Source of the DNA: Archaeoglobus fulgidus DSM 4304
Lineage (GTDB): Archaea > Halobacteriota > Archaeoglobi > Archaeoglobales > Archaeoglobaceae
Direction of reading: 5' to 3'
DNA: 32,000 nt
Assembly (NCBI RefSeq): GCF_000008665.1
Contig: NC_000917.1
Span: 1,560,001 to 1,592,000, forward strand
Of this stretch, positions 29,632 through 32,000 are shown one piece after another. The notes under the pieces are model-generated. The model saw nothing but the letters and a program-made list of their open reading frames with translations, was not told where the DNA came from and made no database searches. A program made the position numbers and the translations under genes. Positions within the stretch are counted from its first letter, which is position 1, and every line of letters starts with the position of its first letter.

Positions 29632-30569
29632 TGCTGCTGGACATAGAGAACCTGACGACAATCTTCAGAACCCGCAGAGGTGTTGTGAGGGCGGTGGACA
29701 ACGTCAGCATGTCCGTTGAAAAGGGCGAGTTCATATCCATTGTTGGAGAGAGCGGTTGCGGTAAATCGACCCTCGCCCACTCCGTTATGAGGCTGATTGA
29801 TTATCCCGGCGAGATTTCGGGCGGTAAGATAATTTTTGATGGCGTTGATTTGCTCTCTTTAGGCGATGAGGAGATGAGGGAAATCAGGGGGAGCAAGATA
29901 GGGATGGTCTTTCAGGACCCAATGACCAGCCTTGACCCCCTTGAGAAAATAGGAGACCAGATTTCTGAAACAATCATGGAGCACATGGATGTTACGAAGA
30001 AAGAGGCGTGGCAGATGGCGAGGGAGATGCTTGAGAAGGTGGGCCTTCAGCCTGAGAGGGTTGATTCATACCCTCATCAGCTCAGCGGTGGCCAGAGGCA
30101 GAGAGTTATGATTGCGATGGCCATAAGCCTCAATCCCAAGCTTTTGATTGCAGATGAGCCAACTACTGCTCTTGACGTCATAGTTCAGGAGAAAATAATG
30201 GACTTGCTGGAGGACATGAAGAGGGAGGGCAGGGCTGTGATGCTAATCACCCACGACTTCGCCTTGGCTGCGGAGAGAAGCGACAGGATTGCGGTTATGT
30301 ATGCTGGCTGGCTCGTTGAGCTTGGCAAGGCTGAGAAACTGACGAATGAACCGCTCCACCCCTACACGAAAGGTTTAATTCAGTCCGTTCCCGATGTGTG
30401 GATGGATAAGGAAATCAAGCCCCTCCCCGGCTTCCCGCCCGACCTCATAAACCCACCAGAAGGATGCAGGTTCAGGCCGAGGTGCTCTGAAGCTTCGAAG
30501 AGGTGCATGAAGGAGCCGCCAGAGTTCGAAGTTGACGGAAGGGTTGTGAAGTGCTGGCTCTACGGGTGA
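29628..30569 (+). CDS. dppD: Peptide ABC transporter ATP-binding protein DppD-like
   Basis: Walker A GESGCGKSTL, signature LSGGQRQRVMIAM, Walker B LLIADEPTTALD, C-terminal Cys-rich oligopeptide-transporter domain. Confidence 0.95.
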   Translation: MMLLDIENLTTIFRTRRGVVRAVDNVSMSVEKGEFISIVGESGCGKSTLAHSVMRLIDYPGEISGGKIIFDGVDLLSLGDEEMREIRGSKIGMVFQDPMTSLDPLEKIGDQISETIMEHMDVTKKEAWQMAREMLEKVGLQPERVDSYPHQLSGGQRQRVMIAMAISLNPKLLIADEPTTALDVIVQEKIMDLLEDMKREGRAVMLITHDFALAAERSDRIAVMYAGWLVELGKAEKLTNEPLHPYTKGLIQSVPDVWMDKEIKPLPGFPPDLINPPEGCRFRPRCSEASKRCMKEPPEFEVDGRVVKCWLYG

Positions 30570-30573
30570 TAGA

Positions 30574-31545
30574 ATGCTGAGAGTTGAGAACCTCAAGAAG
30601 TACTTCCCCGTTCAGAAATCCGTTCTGGAGGTTTTGCTGAGCGGAAGAAGGGACTTTGTGAGAGCTGTCGATGGCGTAAGCTTCGAAATGAAGCAGGGTG
30701 AGGTACTTTCCCTCGTTGGGGAGAGCGGGTGCGGGAAGACGACGACGGGCAGAATCATCGTCGGACTGGAAAGGCCGACGAGCGGGAAGATTTACTTCAA
30801 GGACAGAGAGATTACCTCCCTCAGCGAGGAAGAGCAGAGGAGGATGAAGAGGCATATCCAGATGGTCTTTCAGGACCCCTACGCCTCCCTAAACCCGAGG
30901 ATGAAGATTGGGGAGCACCTCGTTGAGTCCCTCACAATTCACGGAATTGCGGAGAATGATGAGGCAAGGGAAATGGCCATGTCGATGCTGGACAGAGTTG
31001 GACTGCCGGGGGAGCAGTTCTTCAACAGAATGCCCTATCAGCTCAGCGGTGGCCAGAGGCAGAGGGTTGCGATAGCGAGGGCGATGATTCTCAAGCCCGA
31101 CTTCGTCGTTGCGGATGAGCCGGTTTCAATGATTGACGTCAGCCTGAGGGCTGCGATTCTTGACCTGCTCATGTCCTTCAGGGATGAGTACAATCTGAGC
31201 ATGCTCTTCATAACTCACGACCTGTCAGTTGCGAGGATTGTGGGCGATAGAATTGCGGTGATGTACCTCGGAAAAATAATGGAAATCGGAAAGACGAGGG
31301 AGGTTATACACAATCCAAGGCATCCCTACACCGCAGCTCTGCTTTCCTCAGTTCCGAGCTTCGTGAAAAAGGGGAGAAAAGTGGAAATTATTGGAGACAT
31401 TGCAAATCCCATCGATATTCCCTCAGGGTGCAGATACCACCCACGCTGCCCCTTTGCGAGGGAGAAGTGCAAGAAAGAGGAGCCCGAGCTGGAAGGCGGG
31501 GAGCACAGCTTTGCCTGCCACTATCCGCTGGAGGGCGGGTTTTAG
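30574..31545 (+). CDS. dppF: Peptide ABC transporter ATP-binding protein DppF-like
   Basis: Walker A GESGCGKTTTGR, LSGGQRQRVAIARAMI, FVVADEPVSMIDVS, CRYHPRCPFAREKC. Confidence 0.95.
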   Translation: MLRVENLKKYFPVQKSVLEVLLSGRRDFVRAVDGVSFEMKQGEVLSLVGESGCGKTTTGRIIVGLERPTSGKIYFKDREITSLSEEEQRRMKRHIQMVFQDPYASLNPRMKIGEHLVESLTIHGIAENDEAREMAMSMLDRVGLPGEQFFNRMPYQLSGGQRQRVAIARAMILKPDFVVADEPVSMIDVSLRAAILDLLMSFRDEYNLSMLFITHDLSVARIVGDRIAVMYLGKIMEIGKTREVIHNPRHPYTAALLSSVPSFVKKGRKVEIIGDIANPIDIPSGCRYHPRCPFAREKCKKEEPELEGGEHSFACHYPLEGGF

Positions 31546-31627
31546 GCTTGGAAAATCCTAATAGTTAATTGTTAAAAGTTATCCCACATTTAAAAAAATT
31601 TTAATAGTTCTCACTCTAATTAACAAT

Positions 31628-32000
31628 ATGCTTGGTGTGGAAGGAAAGAGCATAACAGAAATTGACGAGAAGGAGATAAACAGGATCTGGCTAAAGCACT
31701 ACGATGAAGGAGTTAGGCCCAACATTGACTACCCCGAAATTCCGCTGTATCAGCTTCTGGAGGATACGGCGAAGAAGTATCCCGACAAGACCGCGCTGAT
31801 TTTCTTCGGAAAGAAAATCACGTACAGAGAGCTTGACGAGATGAGCGACAGAATTGCAGGTTTTTTGAAGAGCCTCGGCATTAAGAAAGGAGACAGGGTC
31901 ATTCTGGACCTCCCGAACGTGCCTCAGTATGTTGCGGCCTACTACGGAATTTTAAAGGTCGGCGCGACCGTTGTGCAGTGCAACCCTCTCTATACTGAGA
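31628..32000 (+). CDS. Acyl-CoA synthetase (AMP-forming), N-terminal part; continues past window
   Basis: MLGVEGKSITEIDEKEINRIWLKHYDEGVRPNIDYPEIPLYQLLEDTAKKYPDKTALIFFGKKITYRELDEMSDRIAGFLKSLGIKKGDRVILDLPNVPQYVAAYYGILKVGATVVQCNPLYTE. Confidence 0.9.
   Translation, partial: MLGVEGKSITEIDEKEINRIWLKHYDEGVRPNIDYPEIPLYQLLEDTAKKYPDKTALIFFGKKITYRELDEMSDRIAGFLKSLGIKKGDRVILDLPNVPQYVAAYYGILKVGATVVQCNPLYTE

Noticed and set aside
29628-31545. Adjacent DppD and DppF ATPases as a recent duplication
   Set aside because: Two distinct ATP-binding subunits are the normal arrangement for peptide ABC transporters and the sequences are well diverged.

Overview
A gene-dense, mostly housekeeping archaeal (Archaeoglobus-like) window. 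In order it contains: a DUF255/thioredoxin-domain protein; an FAD oxidoreductase; CDP-archaeol synthase and PyrE; two transcription regulators; a CDP-alcohol phosphatidyltransferase; a ribbon-helix-helix protein; two amt-glnK pairs flanking a metallo-beta-lactamase-fold gene; ApgM; an FGGY kinase with an alpha/beta hydrolase; AzlCD; a CGGC-type protein; a secreted caspase/gingipain-like (clan CD-like) protein with a small membrane partner; a DisA_N-type diadenylate cyclase divergent from a tandem universal stress protein; a LeuD-type subunit; a lipase; a dCMP deaminase; a TatD-like hydrolase; a sensor protein; a dpp/opp-type ABC transporter; and the start of an acyl-CoA synthetase. No tRNA, rRNA, CRISPR array or recognisable IS element was seen. 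The strongest unusual observation is that the peptide-binding protein at 25823-27385 (-) appears circularly permuted: after the lipoprotein signal comes the part that is normally C-terminal, followed by the part that is normally N-terminal, and the protein ends where its N-terminal segment would normally continue. Other notable items are the clan CD-like protein with a possible frameshifted signal peptide, a decayed gene fragment behind the diadenylate cyclase, matching 20-bp-spaced direct repeats upstream of both amt genes, and a sensor protein with a degenerate H-box and no ATPase domain. All homology statements come from reading motifs and recalled family patterns; no database search was run.
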